Part shown: in pieces, positions 40,602 through 51,635 of the stretch
How positions within the stretch are numbered: position 1 is the first letter of the stretch
How the letters are laid out: every line of letters starts with the position of its first letter
Source: Christensenellales bacterium
GTDB lineage: Bacteria; Bacillota; Clostridia; Christensenellales; UBA1242
Length of the DNA stretch: 64,000 nt
Reading direction: 5' to 3'
Assembly: GCA_051883495.1 (NCBI GenBank)
Contig: JBJETV010000024.1
Span: 20,483 to 84,482, forward strand
Translations under genes and position numbers: made by a program
The notes under the pieces: generated by a model
What the model was told of the DNA's origin: nothing
The model's input: only the letters and a program-made list of their open reading frames with translations
Database searches by the model: none

Positions 40602-40913
40602 CTAGGATTTCATTCTTTCATTAAATTCTTCTATTCCCTTTTGGACATATTGCTTTTGAGATGGGTCAAGATGACTAATCAGTGCAAGCAATTCGCCCAC
40701 ATGTACCAGTTCTTCATTTTTAATATCCAACCATGTCATTTTTGCCATTTTATCTTGGCTGTTATGTATATGTTCATCATACTGAACCACAGCACTTATT
40801 TCGCCAATAAGGTCCTCTCTTGCCTTTTGAAGTGTTGCAAAATCACCTGCCGACACCTCCTCTATGTTGCTTTGTTTGTTGTAGTTGTTATAACAATTAA
40901 AAAAACTATTCAT
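40602..40913 (-). CDS. Small ferritin-like (rubrerythrin/EncFtn-like) protein
   Basis: AREDLIGEISAVVQYDEH ... EELVHVGEL di-iron type motifs; GGAGG RBS before ATG 40913. Confidence 0.8.
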   Translation of the reverse strand: MNSFFNCYNNYNKQSNIEEVSAGDFATLQKAREDLIGEISAVVQYDEHIHNSQDKMAKMTWLDIKNEELVHVGELLALISHLDPSQKQYVQKGIEEFNERMKS

Positions 40914-41100
40914 ATCTTCCTCCACTAAAAATATAATATTCACTCAAACTGTCAAATTGTGAAAAACCATTCAAAACTCTATAAAAATTATTTTCAAAAA
41001 GCCTTTTTTGCATTTATAAATCGTTTGGTTGCTTTACAAAAATAAATATTGAGGATATACTAGTCTATCAATGAGAATATATTTGTAAAAGGAGATTATT

Positions 41101-41361
41101 ATGAGTAAAATATGTCAAAGTTGTGGTATGCCAATAGAAAATAATGAGCAATTAGGAACAAACAAAGACGGAAGCATCAATCAAGATTATTGCAAATATT
41201 GTTTTGATAAGGGGGAGTTTGTCGACAAAGTTTGTATGGAAAAATATATTGATATGTGCTCACAATATGGCGAACAGGCAGGCATGACAAATGAACAAAT
41301 GAAGGCGCATTGCCAAAAATTATTCCCTACACTCAAAAGATGGAAAAGCAAAAATAACTAA
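41101..41361 (+). CDS. Putative zinc-ribbon protein
   Basis: CQSCGMP ... YCKYC ... LPTLKRW-like pattern; GGAG RBS. Confidence 0.85.
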   Translation: MSKICQSCGMPIENNEQLGTNKDGSINQDYCKYCFDKGEFVDKVCMEKYIDMCSQYGEQAGMTNEQMKAHCQKLFPTLKRWKSKNN

Positions 41362-41452
41362 TTCTTCTTGCCATTTGATTTAGTCAATTTGCTTGACTTT
41401 TGCCAAATTTTTGTGTTAGCATCAAATTGAAATTTAATTATGTGGAGTAAAT

Positions 41453-41869
41453 ATGTCAAAGGGATTTTGGAATTTCTTAAACAAAGTACACAAAATTAAG
41501 AAGGACACACAAGACGAAAACAGCGAAAATTACATAAACAACAATCCAACAGAAGAACAACTCAAAGACAATAAAAACGGCAATATTGCTATTGTTATTT
41601 CTGTTATTGCATGTCTATTGATGATTGGGATATTTGCAGTGATTGTTATGCTGTTTGCAAATAGTTTTGGCATTGGATTATTGTCCATTTGCTTGCTTTT
41701 TATCCCTGGTAGATTGCAATTTGTTGCTGTAAAAAAGGCAAAGAAGCAACTCAATATCAATGGCAAAGGAAAGGTAAAATTTCTTCTAGTAAAATATGTT
41801 TTCCCAATTATCGCTGTTGCTTTGTCTATGGTTGTTATCTTCTGCCTTGTTGGACTATCAATCGCATAA
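41453..41869 (+). CDS. Hypothetical membrane protein
   Basis: Three hydrophobic segments; GGAG RBS. Confidence 0.7.
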   Translation: MSKGFWNFLNKVHKIKKDTQDENSENYINNNPTEEQLKDNKNGNIAIVISVIACLLMIGIFAVIVMLFANSFGIGLLSICLLFIPGRLQFVAVKKAKKQLNINGKGKVKFLLVKYVFPIIAVALSMVVIFCLVGLSIA

Positions 41870-42147
41870 TATAATTTGTAAACTTTAGGAATTATGCGGG
41901 ATGTAGCAAATATCTTTATCCTTTTACTTTTATCAAAATATTAAGAAATTTGGTTGCAAAATAAAGTTTGTATTGCAATATAAATGCATTGTATAAAAAC
42001 AACTTTTAACCTAAATTTTTTGAAAAAATTTCTAATAAAGATTCACCAGTGAACCTGGTGATTTTTCATATAAAAAATGCAAGTAAAAAGCCTTACTTGC
42101 ATATCTACAACTCTATTTTGGCAAACAAAGAAATAGTCTGACAAAAA

Positions 42148-42663
42148 TTATTTCTCCACAACAACATTAACCTTTGCATTGCTCAATTTTTGCATTAAAA
42201 TAAATTTTCTCCTTATTTTTGGCCTTTGTAGGAACAACACGTTAACCGCCTCCCAAATAAACACCCAAGAAGCAATCTCCAATATCATTTGAAAATAGAA
42301 ATTGTCAAAAACTCTATTCACCCACAGCAAGCACGCCAGCCCTATTACTCCCAATATCATAAGAATAATCACTGCAACATTTGACATTTTCAATTCCTCT
42401 TTTGCTTGCTTGCACTCTGCTCTAAAATGATTGCTTATTGTAGGCTGAATTTCGTCTGCATTTATCTCTTGCTTGCTATAAAAATTCAACTGAATATCTT
42501 GAGGAAAACGCACATCTTTACTTTTGCTCTCGATAAATTCTGCCAAATCTCTATTTATCTTGTCATTTTCGTCATAACTAAATTGCGAAACAACTTGTTC
42601 CTTGTTTTGCACCTTAATATTTATTGTTTTGCAATCATCAATTACTTTGTTTTTTTCTTTCAT
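42148..42663 (-). CDS. Hypothetical membrane protein
   Basis: Two TM segments with ASWVFIWEAV motif. Confidence 0.7.
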   Translation of the reverse strand: MKEKNKVIDDCKTINIKVQNKEQVVSQFSYDENDKINRDLAEFIESKSKDVRFPQDIQLNFYSKQEINADEIQPTISNHFRAECKQAKEELKMSNVAVIILMILGVIGLACLLWVNRVFDNFYFQMILEIASWVFIWEAVNVLFLQRPKIRRKFILMQKLSNAKVNVVVEK

Positions 42664-42710
42664 TTTTTCACCTTATCATAAGTTGTTTAGTTATTGCTTA
42701 AAAGCATTTC

Positions 42711-44792
42711 TTATCCCACTTGAACAAACTGACTGTTGTATAGTTCTGCATAGAAGCCATTTTTCTCTAGCAACTCTTTGTGCGAACCCTTTTCTATTAT
42801 ATCCCCATCTTTCATAACAAGGATAACATCTGCGTTTTTAATTGTGGACAATCTGTGAGCAATTACAAAACTTGTTCTGCCTTTGGTCAATTTATCCATA
42901 GCCTCTTGAATAACCAGTTCCGTCCTTGTATCCACATTGCTGGTTGCCTCGTCCAAAATAAGTAGTGGGCTGTCTTTAATCATTGCCCTTGCGATAGTCA
43001 ACTGTTGCTTTTGACCTTCCGAAAGAGAGTCTATATTGTCTAGCACTGTGTCAAACCCTTTTGGAAGAGTGTTGATAAAATGAGTTAGGCCTACTGCATC
43101 GCAAACTTGTTGCAATCTCTCATCACTTACATCTTTGGCATTATAAATCAAGTTTTGCCTAACAGTGCCATGAAAAAGCCATGTATCTTGCAAAATCATA
43201 TCAAACAATTCGTGGATATTCTCCCTAGTAAGCGATTTAGTTGGAACATTATCAATAAAAATATCCCCATAATATGCTATCCCCAGTTCAATGTCCTTAG
43301 GATTATCCAATCCGTTGCCTACAACAACAGGCAAATTGCCATCTATTATCTCGTCATTTTCACAGATGTCAAAATTTTGATTAAATTTTATCACCTTATC
43401 TTTTGGAATGGTATCACAAGATACCACATATTCTGTCTTTGAATCATTGACATACAACTCACCATCACTATCCACACAAAGCCTTATTGATTTACCATTG
43501 TCAAATATTTTGTAATCTGTAATTTTGCCTTTTACAATAAGCCTTGGCTCTCTCAATTCATAAAATCTCATAAGCAAGTTGACCATAGTTGTTTTGCCCG
43601 CACCCGTTGGGCCTACAATGGCAACCTTTTGCCCAGCAGAGAGATTGGCTGAAAAGTTTTTGATAATAGTTTTATCCTTTTGATAAGCAAATCTAACATT
43701 TCTAAATTCCACATCACCCTTAACACTAGCCTCATCAAGTTTTGCCTTCTTGCCACTTTCGTCTAGCAGTTGTTTTTCTTCCAACATTTCAAACACTCTG
43801 CCACCCGCTGCCGATGCTTGCTGAATGGAGTTTAGGCTTTGGGCAAAAGTTGTCAGTGGCTGAGAAAATTGCTTTGCGTAAATAATGAAAGACATCAATG
43901 TCCCCAGTGTTACACCTGTTCCGCCAGAAACTATAATAGATACACCAACAACAAATATCGCTACATACGAAAAATCGCCAACAAAATTCATAATAGGCCC
44001 CATCAGGCTGGACATAAATTGTGCTTTCCACGTTGTGTTGTATATATTGTTGTTTAGTTTTGCAAATTCCTTCTTCTCATTGTCATAAGCATTGTAAGAC
44101 TTCACTGTTTCATGATTGGTATAAATTTCTTCAATATGCCCATTCAAATCTCCAATACATTTTTGCCTTCTGTTGAAATATTTTTGAGATTTTGACACAA
44201 GCAAAGATATAAACAAAAAACCAAATAGTGATGCCCCAATAGTAACCAATGCCAATATCCAGTTGGTCTTAAACATCATAATAACTACACCAACAAACAA
44301 TACAAGACTGCTGATGAGGTTGGCAGTAGAAGAACCTAGTGATTGGGCAATTGTGTCCACGTCGTTGGTTACCCTACTTAATATATCTCCTTTGGTAGTT
44401 TTATCAAAATACGACAATGGGAGAATATTTATCTTTTTGTCGATATCACTTCTAAGTTTTTTAGAAACTTTTTGGGTAACAATAGCCATTATATATTGTT
44501 GTAGATAATTAAATATAGCGCCAACACAACACAAGACTATCAAGAATATAACAATGTCCATAAAACTTGACATATCTATCCCTGTAAATATTCCGCCTGT
44601 TATTTCGTTCATCAAATCACCAATCTTGCCTGGTGCAATAATTGATGCAACAGCTCCTATGATAGCACAAACAAAGGCTAAAATAACTGCCGCCATAAAG
44701 GGTTTGCAATATCTTATTATTTTCTTAAATGCTTTGACGTTAAATTTTTCTTTCCCACTATGTCGTGGGCCATGTCCAAAAGGTCCTGGCAT
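42711..44792 (-). CDS. ABC exporter subunit (TMD+NBD) with ~95-aa insertion in the NBD
   Basis: Walker A GPTGAGKT, signature LSEGQKQ, ILDEATS, IAHRLST. Confidence 0.93.
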   Translation of the reverse strand: MPGPFGHGPRHSGKEKFNVKAFKKIIRYCKPFMAAVILAFVCAIIGAVASIIAPGKIGDLMNEITGGIFTGIDMSSFMDIVIFLIVLCCVGAIFNYLQQYIMAIVTQKVSKKLRSDIDKKINILPLSYFDKTTKGDILSRVTNDVDTIAQSLGSSTANLISSLVLFVGVVIMMFKTNWILALVTIGASLFGFLFISLLVSKSQKYFNRRQKCIGDLNGHIEEIYTNHETVKSYNAYDNEKKEFAKLNNNIYNTTWKAQFMSSLMGPIMNFVGDFSYVAIFVVGVSIIVSGGTGVTLGTLMSFIIYAKQFSQPLTTFAQSLNSIQQASAAGGRVFEMLEEKQLLDESGKKAKLDEASVKGDVEFRNVRFAYQKDKTIIKNFSANLSAGQKVAIVGPTGAGKTTMVNLLMRFYELREPRLIVKGKITDYKIFDNGKSIRLCVDSDGELYVNDSKTEYVVSCDTIPKDKVIKFNQNFDICENDEIIDGNLPVVVGNGLDNPKDIELGIAYYGDIFIDNVPTKSLTRENIHELFDMILQDTWLFHGTVRQNLIYNAKDVSDERLQQVCDAVGLTHFINTLPKGFDTVLDNIDSLSEGQKQQLTIARAMIKDSPLLILDEATSNVDTRTELVIQEAMDKLTKGRTSFVIAHRLSTIKNADVILVMKDGDIIEKGSHKELLEKNGFYAELYNSQFVQVG

Positions 44793-44793
44793 A

Positions 44794-46542
44794 TTACAAC
44801 TCCTCCTTACTTAATTGTGACAATGCTATTTCTTTATAAACAGGGCAATTTTCTAGCAATTCTTCATGTTTCCCAGCGCCAACAATTTTGCCATTGTCCA
44901 GCACCAAAATTTTGTCCGCATGTTTTATTGTCCCTATCCTTTGTGCCACGATAATTACTGTTTTGTCCGCCAAATTTTCTTTAATTTTCTTTCTAACTGT
45001 CATATCCGTCTTGTAGTCCAAGGCAGAAAAACTGTCGTCAAATATTATTATCTCTGCATCTTTATACACCGCCCTTGCAATAGACAATCTCTGCTTTTGT
45101 CCACCAGAAAAATTAGTCCCGCCTTGTGCCACTTCCGACCTAACCCCGTCTTTTAGTTCGTTGACAAACAACGATTGAGATACTTCTATTGCTTGCTTTA
45201 TCCTTGGGTCGTCATCAGCGACTTTCTCTTCGCTACCATATGTAATATTACTTTTTACATCTCCCTTGAACAAGCACGCCTTTTGGCTAACCACAGCAAT
45301 CTTCCCTTGCAATTCCTCTTCATTGTAGTCCTTTACATTCATTCCATCTACCAATACTTCCCCACTGCTTACATCAGCAAACCTTGGGATAAGGTTGATA
45401 AGTGTTGTTTTTCCACATCCCGTTGCCCCTATAATTGCCAATGTTTCGCCATTATCTACTTCAAACGATACATCTTCGATAACATTGTTGTTGCCATCGT
45501 TATACTTAAAACTAACATTTCTAAATTCCACCTTGCCCTTTGTTTTGCTATTATTGCTCTTTTTGCCTGGTTGAATGGATATTGGCGCATCCAACACTTC
45601 GTTAATTCTCTTGGCAGAAACAATACACCTTGGGAGCAATATGAATATAGCAACCAGCATAATAAACGCCATAACAACCTGCAAGGCATATTGTGTAAAT
45701 GCCGTCATATTGCCAATGATAGTTGCTCTTTCTACAATTTGTGCATTGTTGATAAGAATTGCCCCTATCCAATAGATTGCAAGAGTAAGCCCATTCATAC
45801 AAAGCGACATAACAGGCATCAACAGCCCTGTTGCCTTGGATGTGAACAACTGGTTTTTGGTTAGTTCGTCATTGGCTTTTTCGAATTTCTTTTCTTGATA
45901 ATCTTCTGCATTAAATGCCCTTACAACTCTCACACCAGCAACATTTTCGCGTGTTACATCGTTCACATTGTCTATCAACTTTTGGATTTTCTTGAACTTT
46001 GGCAAAACCAAACATGCAATAACAATGACCAATGTCATCATTATCACCACAGTAATCAGCGTTGCCATAGTCCATTCTACAGAGGTAGCAGAAATCTTTG
46101 TTATTGCCCATATTGCAAGAGTTGGGGCTTTGATAATAATTTGCAAACCCATAGCAATAAAATTTTGAATTTGCACGACGTCATTGGTCGTTCTGGTTAT
46201 AAGACTTGGAGTAGAAAAAATTTTTATCTCTGCCCTAGAAAACTCGGCAATTTTATTGTACAAATCAAGCCTTAATGTTTTTGCAAATTTACTTGCCAAT
46301 CTAGCGCAAAAGAAAGCACAGCAAAAAGACGCCAGCATGCTTCCAAAGGCACATAATAGCATCATTCCGCCATTATACCAAACTTCACTCATTTGCACCC
46401 CAGTTTGAGCAATCGAACTAGTCAATTTACTTGTAAACTCTGGCATGGTCAAATCCAACCAAACTTGCAAAACAATAAATCCAATAATAAAAAGCACCGA
46501 AAACCAATCTCGTTCGTCAAATTTCTTAAATAACTTAAACAT
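44794..46542 (-). CDS. ABC exporter subunit (TMD+NBD, degenerate site), heterodimer partner
   Basis: GATGCGKT, FSGGQKQR, degenerate FDDSFSALD and VAQR; start at MFKLF after GGAG RBS. Confidence 0.93.
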   Translation of the reverse strand: MFKLFKKFDERDWFSVLFIIGFIVLQVWLDLTMPEFTSKLTSSIAQTGVQMSEVWYNGGMMLLCAFGSMLASFCCAFFCARLASKFAKTLRLDLYNKIAEFSRAEIKIFSTPSLITRTTNDVVQIQNFIAMGLQIIIKAPTLAIWAITKISATSVEWTMATLITVVIMMTLVIVIACLVLPKFKKIQKLIDNVNDVTRENVAGVRVVRAFNAEDYQEKKFEKANDELTKNQLFTSKATGLLMPVMSLCMNGLTLAIYWIGAILINNAQIVERATIIGNMTAFTQYALQVVMAFIMLVAIFILLPRCIVSAKRINEVLDAPISIQPGKKSNNSKTKGKVEFRNVSFKYNDGNNNVIEDVSFEVDNGETLAIIGATGCGKTTLINLIPRFADVSSGEVLVDGMNVKDYNEEELQGKIAVVSQKACLFKGDVKSNITYGSEEKVADDDPRIKQAIEVSQSLFVNELKDGVRSEVAQGGTNFSGGQKQRLSIARAVYKDAEIIIFDDSFSALDYKTDMTVRKKIKENLADKTVIIVAQRIGTIKHADKILVLDNGKIVGAGKHEELLENCPVYKEIALSQLSKEEL

Positions 46543-46662
46543 TTTTCTCCTTCTTATGACCACTAAACAATATCCAATAATATATTTTATCGTTTTATAA
46601 ACAATTTTTATAAACAATTTATAAGCAATTTTTATAAAATGTTATATATATAATCAAAAACA

Positions 46663-47124
46663 CTACTTATTATCAATATTTTGGTGTATATCCTCAAAAA
46701 AAAAGTTTGCTTCAACAAAATTTTTTATTTTTTTGCACAGAGCAATAAAATGCAAAAATTCTTCTTCTCCAAGACTATCCACCACTGCCATAACCTTTTG
46801 CAATATACTGTTGTAAACTTGCTTAACAAAATCTTTCCCCTTAAAAGTGATTGTTAAGTGTTGAATGCGAGCATCTTCTGTAGAAATAGTCTTTTCAACC
46901 AAGCCTCGCTTGACCAGTTTTTCTACAATAACGCCTATCCTCGCACGAGAAATATTCATTTCGTCAGCAATAGAATTGGCATAAACATCTCCATTGTGCT
47001 CATCTAAATAGCAAAGCACACATTCAAGCCCCCTATCACTTTGCCCCAGTTTGTTTATAAAAGGCAATGGGGCACTTTCTCTGAGCATCTTAAAATATTC
47101 ATAAGCCAACTCTTTAGAAATCAT
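46663..47124 (-). CDS. MarR-family transcriptional regulator
   Basis: IADEMNISRARI..LVKRGLV..DAR winged HTH; upstream of the ABC pair. Confidence 0.88.
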   Translation of the reverse strand: MISKELAYEYFKMLRESAPLPFINKLGQSDRGLECVLCYLDEHNGDVYANSIADEMNISRARIGVIVEKLVKRGLVEKTISTEDARIQHLTITFKGKDFVKQVYNSILQKVMAVVDSLGEEEFLHFIALCKKIKNFVEANFFFEDIHQNIDNK

Positions 47125-47146
47125 ACTTCTCCTTTATTGCACACCA

Positions 47147-47187
47147 AGTATATGCCTTAAAAATTATTTTGTCAACTAGGTTGACAA
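47147..47187 (-). promoter_or_regulatory. SigA promoter of the marR-ABC operon overlapped by a palindromic operator
   Basis: Minus strand TTGACA-N17-TATACT; palindrome TTGTCAAC-TAG-GTTGACAA (47169-47187) covers the -35. Confidence 0.75.
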
Positions 47188-47642
47188 TATTTTTTTATAA
47201 TTTTTCATTTGTATTTTATATAGTTTTGTTGTCTTTTGAATAATTTATCAAAAATAAATATACACCCTAATATTATTCTAATAAAAAGTCTAGTTTATTT
47301 GTAGTTGTGGAATTGTTAAAAATAAATCCAAAAATCTATCCAAAGTTTATTTATAATTGTGGTGTTATAATGCAACATAGCCAACAAAAACCACCACAAT
47401 ATATATGGTGGCTTTGTGAATAAAGTGAATAATCTACCCTGTTTTCTTTTATACTAGGTTATATTCAATTTTAATCATTTCTTATTTATCTTATGTTATA
47501 TGCAACTTTAATTATTCTCAATTTATTATCTGTTATATTCATATTTGCTTATTGACTGTGTTGTATGCGGTTTTATTTTTATATGCATTTTTTTGCCTAT
47601 GCAATTTTTGCTTGTTCTATGTTTGTTCCCTATTATATATCG

Positions 47643-48794
47643 TCAAGCAGACAAAGCGTAATTGCTGTCTTGAGTTGCGTGCGCTATTGCAACATTTCCA
47701 AGGCTATCTACAGATATAACATTGGCACCACGTTGTTCTGTCTTAAACTTCAGCAGTGGATAGGCAGAATAATCCATACTCATGCCATAGCAGAGAGTAA
47801 TATTGGTAGATTTTTCGGTTATTGCATAGTTATTGGTGTGGTCATGGCCACAAAACACCCACTTTGTGCTGTCAAGTTCCCTAATTTTGCCATAAAGTCC
47901 ATTTTGCTGACCAGGACATACTCTTTCTGCCTTTACACCCAGTTTCAGTTCATAATTTTCATCTCCAGCACTCCATCTGTCATAAAATGTATCATATTCT
48001 GGGATAGGAACGTGCATAAATAACAAATTTTTTATGTCGTTTTTTTCTGCTTTTAGTGCATTAACAGTTTGCCCATACCACTCCACTTGGTCTGCACTAA
48101 CTCCTTCGTATCCAAATATCTTTTTCCCCCCACTATCCATAAATATCATAGAAGAAGTCAATGTGCCATTATCCAAAATCTTTACATAATAATTGCCCAC
48201 TCCCGTAATATTTCTTTCGCCACGCAAAAAGAAGGAATGAGGTGCCGATTCCAATTTTTCTGCAATATATTCTTTTGAAGCAAGTCCGTCTCCGTCGTGA
48301 TTGCCAAAACAAAAAGTATAAGGTCTGCCCAATTTTTCAAGAAGCATAATCAACGCATCTAGTTGAAGATAAGTGTTTTTTGTTCCACTCGTAACGTAAA
48401 TGGCAGACAACGCATCTCCAGTTACAACAATAATATCTGGATCAACCGCCTCAACACATCTAAATACTTCGTTGACAACTTTTTTATCCAAAGTTATTGT
48501 AAACAATCCACAACCCAAGTGGATATCTGTCAACTGCAATATCTTTAGCGGTTCGCCAGTTTTGTTGTTTATCTCTGCATAATTTTGTTCTGGATACTTC
48601 ACCACTTCAATATTTGCATTTTCCTCATAACTATAGTTGTATGCTTGTATGTATTTCAATGTAGTATCGCATCCACAAAACCATGTAACAAGAAAAAACG
48701 TCAATAATGTTACTATTGTTGCGCAAATAACTCCCAGCCAAATATAAAACTTTTTTGAATGGACTTTTTTAATTTTTTCTTTTTTATCAGCCAT
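47643..48794 (-). CDS. Calcineurin-like metallophosphoesterase, N-terminally anchored
   Basis: DIH, TGD, GNHD, HVP and GHDH motifs; N-terminal TM. Confidence 0.9.
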   Translation of the reverse strand: MADKKEKIKKVHSKKFYIWLGVICATIVTLLTFFLVTWFCGCDTTLKYIQAYNYSYEENANIEVVKYPEQNYAEINNKTGEPLKILQLTDIHLGCGLFTITLDKKVVNEVFRCVEAVDPDIIVVTGDALSAIYVTSGTKNTYLQLDALIMLLEKLGRPYTFCFGNHDGDGLASKEYIAEKLESAPHSFFLRGERNITGVGNYYVKILDNGTLTSSMIFMDSGGKKIFGYEGVSADQVEWYGQTVNALKAEKNDIKNLLFMHVPIPEYDTFYDRWSAGDENYELKLGVKAERVCPGQQNGLYGKIRELDSTKWVFCGHDHTNNYAITEKSTNITLCYGMSMDYSAYPLLKFKTEQRGANVISVDSLGNVAIAHATQDSNYALSA

Positions 48795-49122
48795 ATAATT
48801 ATCTTACATCAAAATAAAAAAACAATCAAATATTTATGACTAAATTTTATAATAAACTAACTTTGAGGGGTAAAACTAAACATTTTTCTGTGTATAACAA
48901 TACTTTTTTCTCTATCACTATCTTTTGTAACAAAATAAAAATATGTGTCTTTAACAAAACTGTTTTATGACACATATTTAGTAAATTTATGTTTTCTAAT
49001 TAAATGCACTCTGAAACAATACAAATTATCTTCTTTGAAGTTACATTAGCAACTTTCTATGAAAGGATATAACCCCAAACCCTTTGAAATAGATTATCTA
49101 TCAAACTAGTAGAAATAACACC

Positions 49123-50214
49123 TTACCTCTTTTGTTCAATAGTAGCATTGCAATCTTGTTCCACTAATTCCTGCTCGCTATCACTTTCAATCTTTTGCAA
49201 ATTACTTTGACCTACAACTTCTAAAACCCTTTCTTTGTCTAGCGTTGCAAATTTTGCATCTTTAATATGAACATTATTGTGTTTTAGCAGTTCATTCAAC
49301 TTAACGATATTGTCTATGTTGTTTCTAAAATTATGTTCATCAATAAGCAAACAAGCACTATTCACTTGATTTTGGTCAACCAATTTCTTAAAATTTGCTT
49401 GGTCTAGTTCATCAGAAGTATACAAATATCTTGCAGCACGCAACAAACCATAGTCTTCGTCACTCTTTATTGTCAAATCTTTCTGAAAGTCTTCTGAAAT
49501 CTTTTGCAAAGTATAACGAAAATTACTATACTGTGAAACATCTTCTGCAAACGATTGTTTGTTTTTCTTTTTATCTTTTATTATTGTATCCAACAATTTT
49601 TTTAGATAAAATTTTTGAGTAAAAGATGCCTTATCCATTGCACTTTCCACAAGATGTATGTTTTCATCAAATGCCACTTCCCTTGCAATTTCTTCATGCT
49701 CACATTTATAATACATTCCATATAAAATATCACCTAGCAATATTTTATCATTAAAATGTTTAGATAAAAAGCTATACATATCCCTATATGGCATATCACT
49801 TATATATCTAGAATTTACATTCCCAAATTCATCTTTTTTTACATTTTGATTATTTAAGTCTGTTATGTAGTGATTGAATTTGTGAATTAGCATGTCAGTA
49901 AGTTGAGCGAAACGCTTCAAATTAAGATCGCTTAATCCCTTTGATGATAAAGCAATGCTATTCTCTATACAACCTGACTTATTGTTAGTAAAATCCAATA
50001 TGACTTCATCGATATTATTCTTGGCAAGCTGCCAAGCTACGACATCTTCCACCCATTGCATAGAAAAATTCTCATCCTTAAGATTTTCATTAAGGTTAAG
50101 CAAATGTGAAACACACTTATCAAAAGCGTCTTTCTCCCCCATAACATTATTGATAATGATTAAATTTTGTTGATTTTCCATATTACTCTTTTCCATAACC
50201 CTATTATGCCACAA
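49123..50214 (-). CDS. Hypothetical protein
   Basis: 363-aa ORF without a recognised domain; start uncertain. Confidence 0.6.
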   Translation of the reverse strand: MWHNRVMEKSNMENQQNLIIINNVMGEKDAFDKCVSHLLNLNENLKDENFSMQWVEDVVAWQLAKNNIDEVILDFTNNKSGCIENSIALSSKGLSDLNLKRFAQLTDMLIHKFNHYITDLNNQNVKKDEFGNVNSRYISDMPYRDMYSFLSKHFNDKILLGDILYGMYYKCEHEEIAREVAFDENIHLVESAMDKASFTQKFYLKKLLDTIIKDKKKNKQSFAEDVSQYSNFRYTLQKISEDFQKDLTIKSDEDYGLLRAARYLYTSDELDQANFKKLVDQNQVNSACLLIDEHNFRNNIDNIVKLNELLKHNNVHIKDAKFATLDKERVLEVVGQSNLQKIESDSEQELVEQDCNATIEQKR

Positions 50215-50409
50215 ATTGCAAAAATGTCAAGACTCAAATAAAAAAAATTTATGTGATAGAATTTCAGGAGATTTTCTTATATACTTAAGACCAGTTGTTT
50301 TACATTTAAGGTATTTATATAACAAAATCTTCAAAAACATAGCCCAAAAAGTATGAAATTTTATCGTTATATGTTATTATAAACATAATCATCAACAAGG
50401 GGTAATATT

Positions 50410-51372
50410 ATGTCTATTTTTTACGGAGTTACTTGCCTATTCTCTCTCATGTTGCTTATGGCATATTTTTTTGTGGATAAAAAGCAAAACAAATGGATAA
50501 TGTGTTTATTTATTTCAGTTTTTGTTTGTAGTGCTGGATACTTTATAATCTCCCTTTCAAGAAGTTTAACCTTGGCTCTTATCGGCAACGATATTGCCTA
50601 TCTTGGCAATGTATTTTTACCTTTCTTTATGTTTATACTAATTTTGGATGTATGTAATATAAAATATGGAAATATTCTAAAATATATTTTGCTTGGTGTT
50701 GGTATTGTGATGTTGTTTATTGCGACAACTGGTGGATATCTGCCTATATATTACAAAGATGTATCTCTCGAAGTCATAGAAGGCGGTGCAATGCTAATCA
50801 AGGAATATGGCATATTGCACAATTTGTATTTTATATATTTGTTTGGATATATGGCCACAATGATTGCAATAATTATCTACTCCATTGCAAAAAAGAAAGT
50901 AACATCCAAAATGCAAGCCGTATTTTTGTTGGTAATTGTCATTGGCAATATGCTAGTATGGCTGATTGAACAATTTATAGACCATCAATTTGAATTTTTA
51001 TGCCTTTCATATATTATCAATGAAATGTTGTTATTGCTTCTCTATGGCATTTTGCGAGAATATGAAAAGAAGATAAGCGCTCACAAACAAGATGTCAGCC
51101 CATCTGCTGATTTGTCCATAATAGATTTTGACGACAAATTCAGCGCAGAGCAAATTGCAGTAGTTTTCGAAAAATGGGAAAAAATAAACAACCTAACCAA
51201 AAGAGAAAAAGAAGTATTGAAACATATGCTTCTTGGCGAAAAACGAAAGGACATCGCAGTAAACCTATACATCTCCGACAGCACCGTCAAAAACACCATA
51301 ACAAATATTCTCAGTAAACTTGCAGTCGCTAACAGAGAAGAATTGTGCCGAACAGTTAAAAAATTTATTTGA
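50410..51372 (+). CDS. Membrane-bound LuxR-type regulator (multi-TM sensor + LuxR HTH)
   Basis: About seven hydrophobic segments, then LTKREKEVL...IAVNLYISDSTVKNTITNILSKL. Confidence 0.88.
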   Translation: MSIFYGVTCLFSLMLLMAYFFVDKKQNKWIMCLFISVFVCSAGYFIISLSRSLTLALIGNDIAYLGNVFLPFFMFILILDVCNIKYGNILKYILLGVGIVMLFIATTGGYLPIYYKDVSLEVIEGGAMLIKEYGILHNLYFIYLFGYMATMIAIIIYSIAKKKVTSKMQAVFLLVIVIGNMLVWLIEQFIDHQFEFLCLSYIINEMLLLLLYGILREYEKKISAHKQDVSPSADLSIIDFDDKFSAEQIAVVFEKWEKINNLTKREKEVLKHMLLGEKRKDIAVNLYISDSTVKNTITNILSKLAVANREELCRTVKKFI

Positions 51373-51393
51373 CCTAATTTCCTCATACAATAC

Positions 51394-51427
51394 ACTCCAA
51401 CAGTTTTATACTATTGGAGTTTTTTTA
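51394..51427 (+). terminator. Intrinsic terminator
   Basis: ACTCCAACAG..CTATTGGAGT hairpin followed by a T-run. Confidence 0.6.
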
Positions 51428-51450
51428 TAAAAATACAACAAAAATGCAAT

Positions 51451-51503
51451 TTTTAGGACAATTTAGGACTAAAACTCCTCAAAAAAAAGGACTTTTTAGG
51501 ACT
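51451..51503 (+). promoter_or_regulatory. Paired direct repeats (TTT)AGGAC, candidate regulator-binding sites
   Basis: AGGAC at 51455, 51465, 51488 and 51498 (two pairs with 10-bp spacing) upstream of the lipoprotein gene. Confidence 0.5.
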
Positions 51504-51635
51504 GATTTGGTGAAACTAGTCGGTAATCTATATGATAGAATATTTAGGTAGAAAAAATAAGGGAGGTGAAATTTTTTTTGTAGATTTCGAAAAATCTATC
51601 ATTCATTTACAAAACAAAATATAAGGAGAAAAATT

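Noticed and set aside
43270-43555. Intein in the ABC NBD
   Set aside because: No N-terminal Cys/Ser or C-terminal His-Asn followed by Cys/Ser/Thr at the insert borders.
47391-47411. NrdR-box-like palindrome CCACCACAATATATATGGTGG
   Set aside because: Imperfect spacing and no nucleotide-reduction gene nearby; may simply be a terminator-like hairpin.
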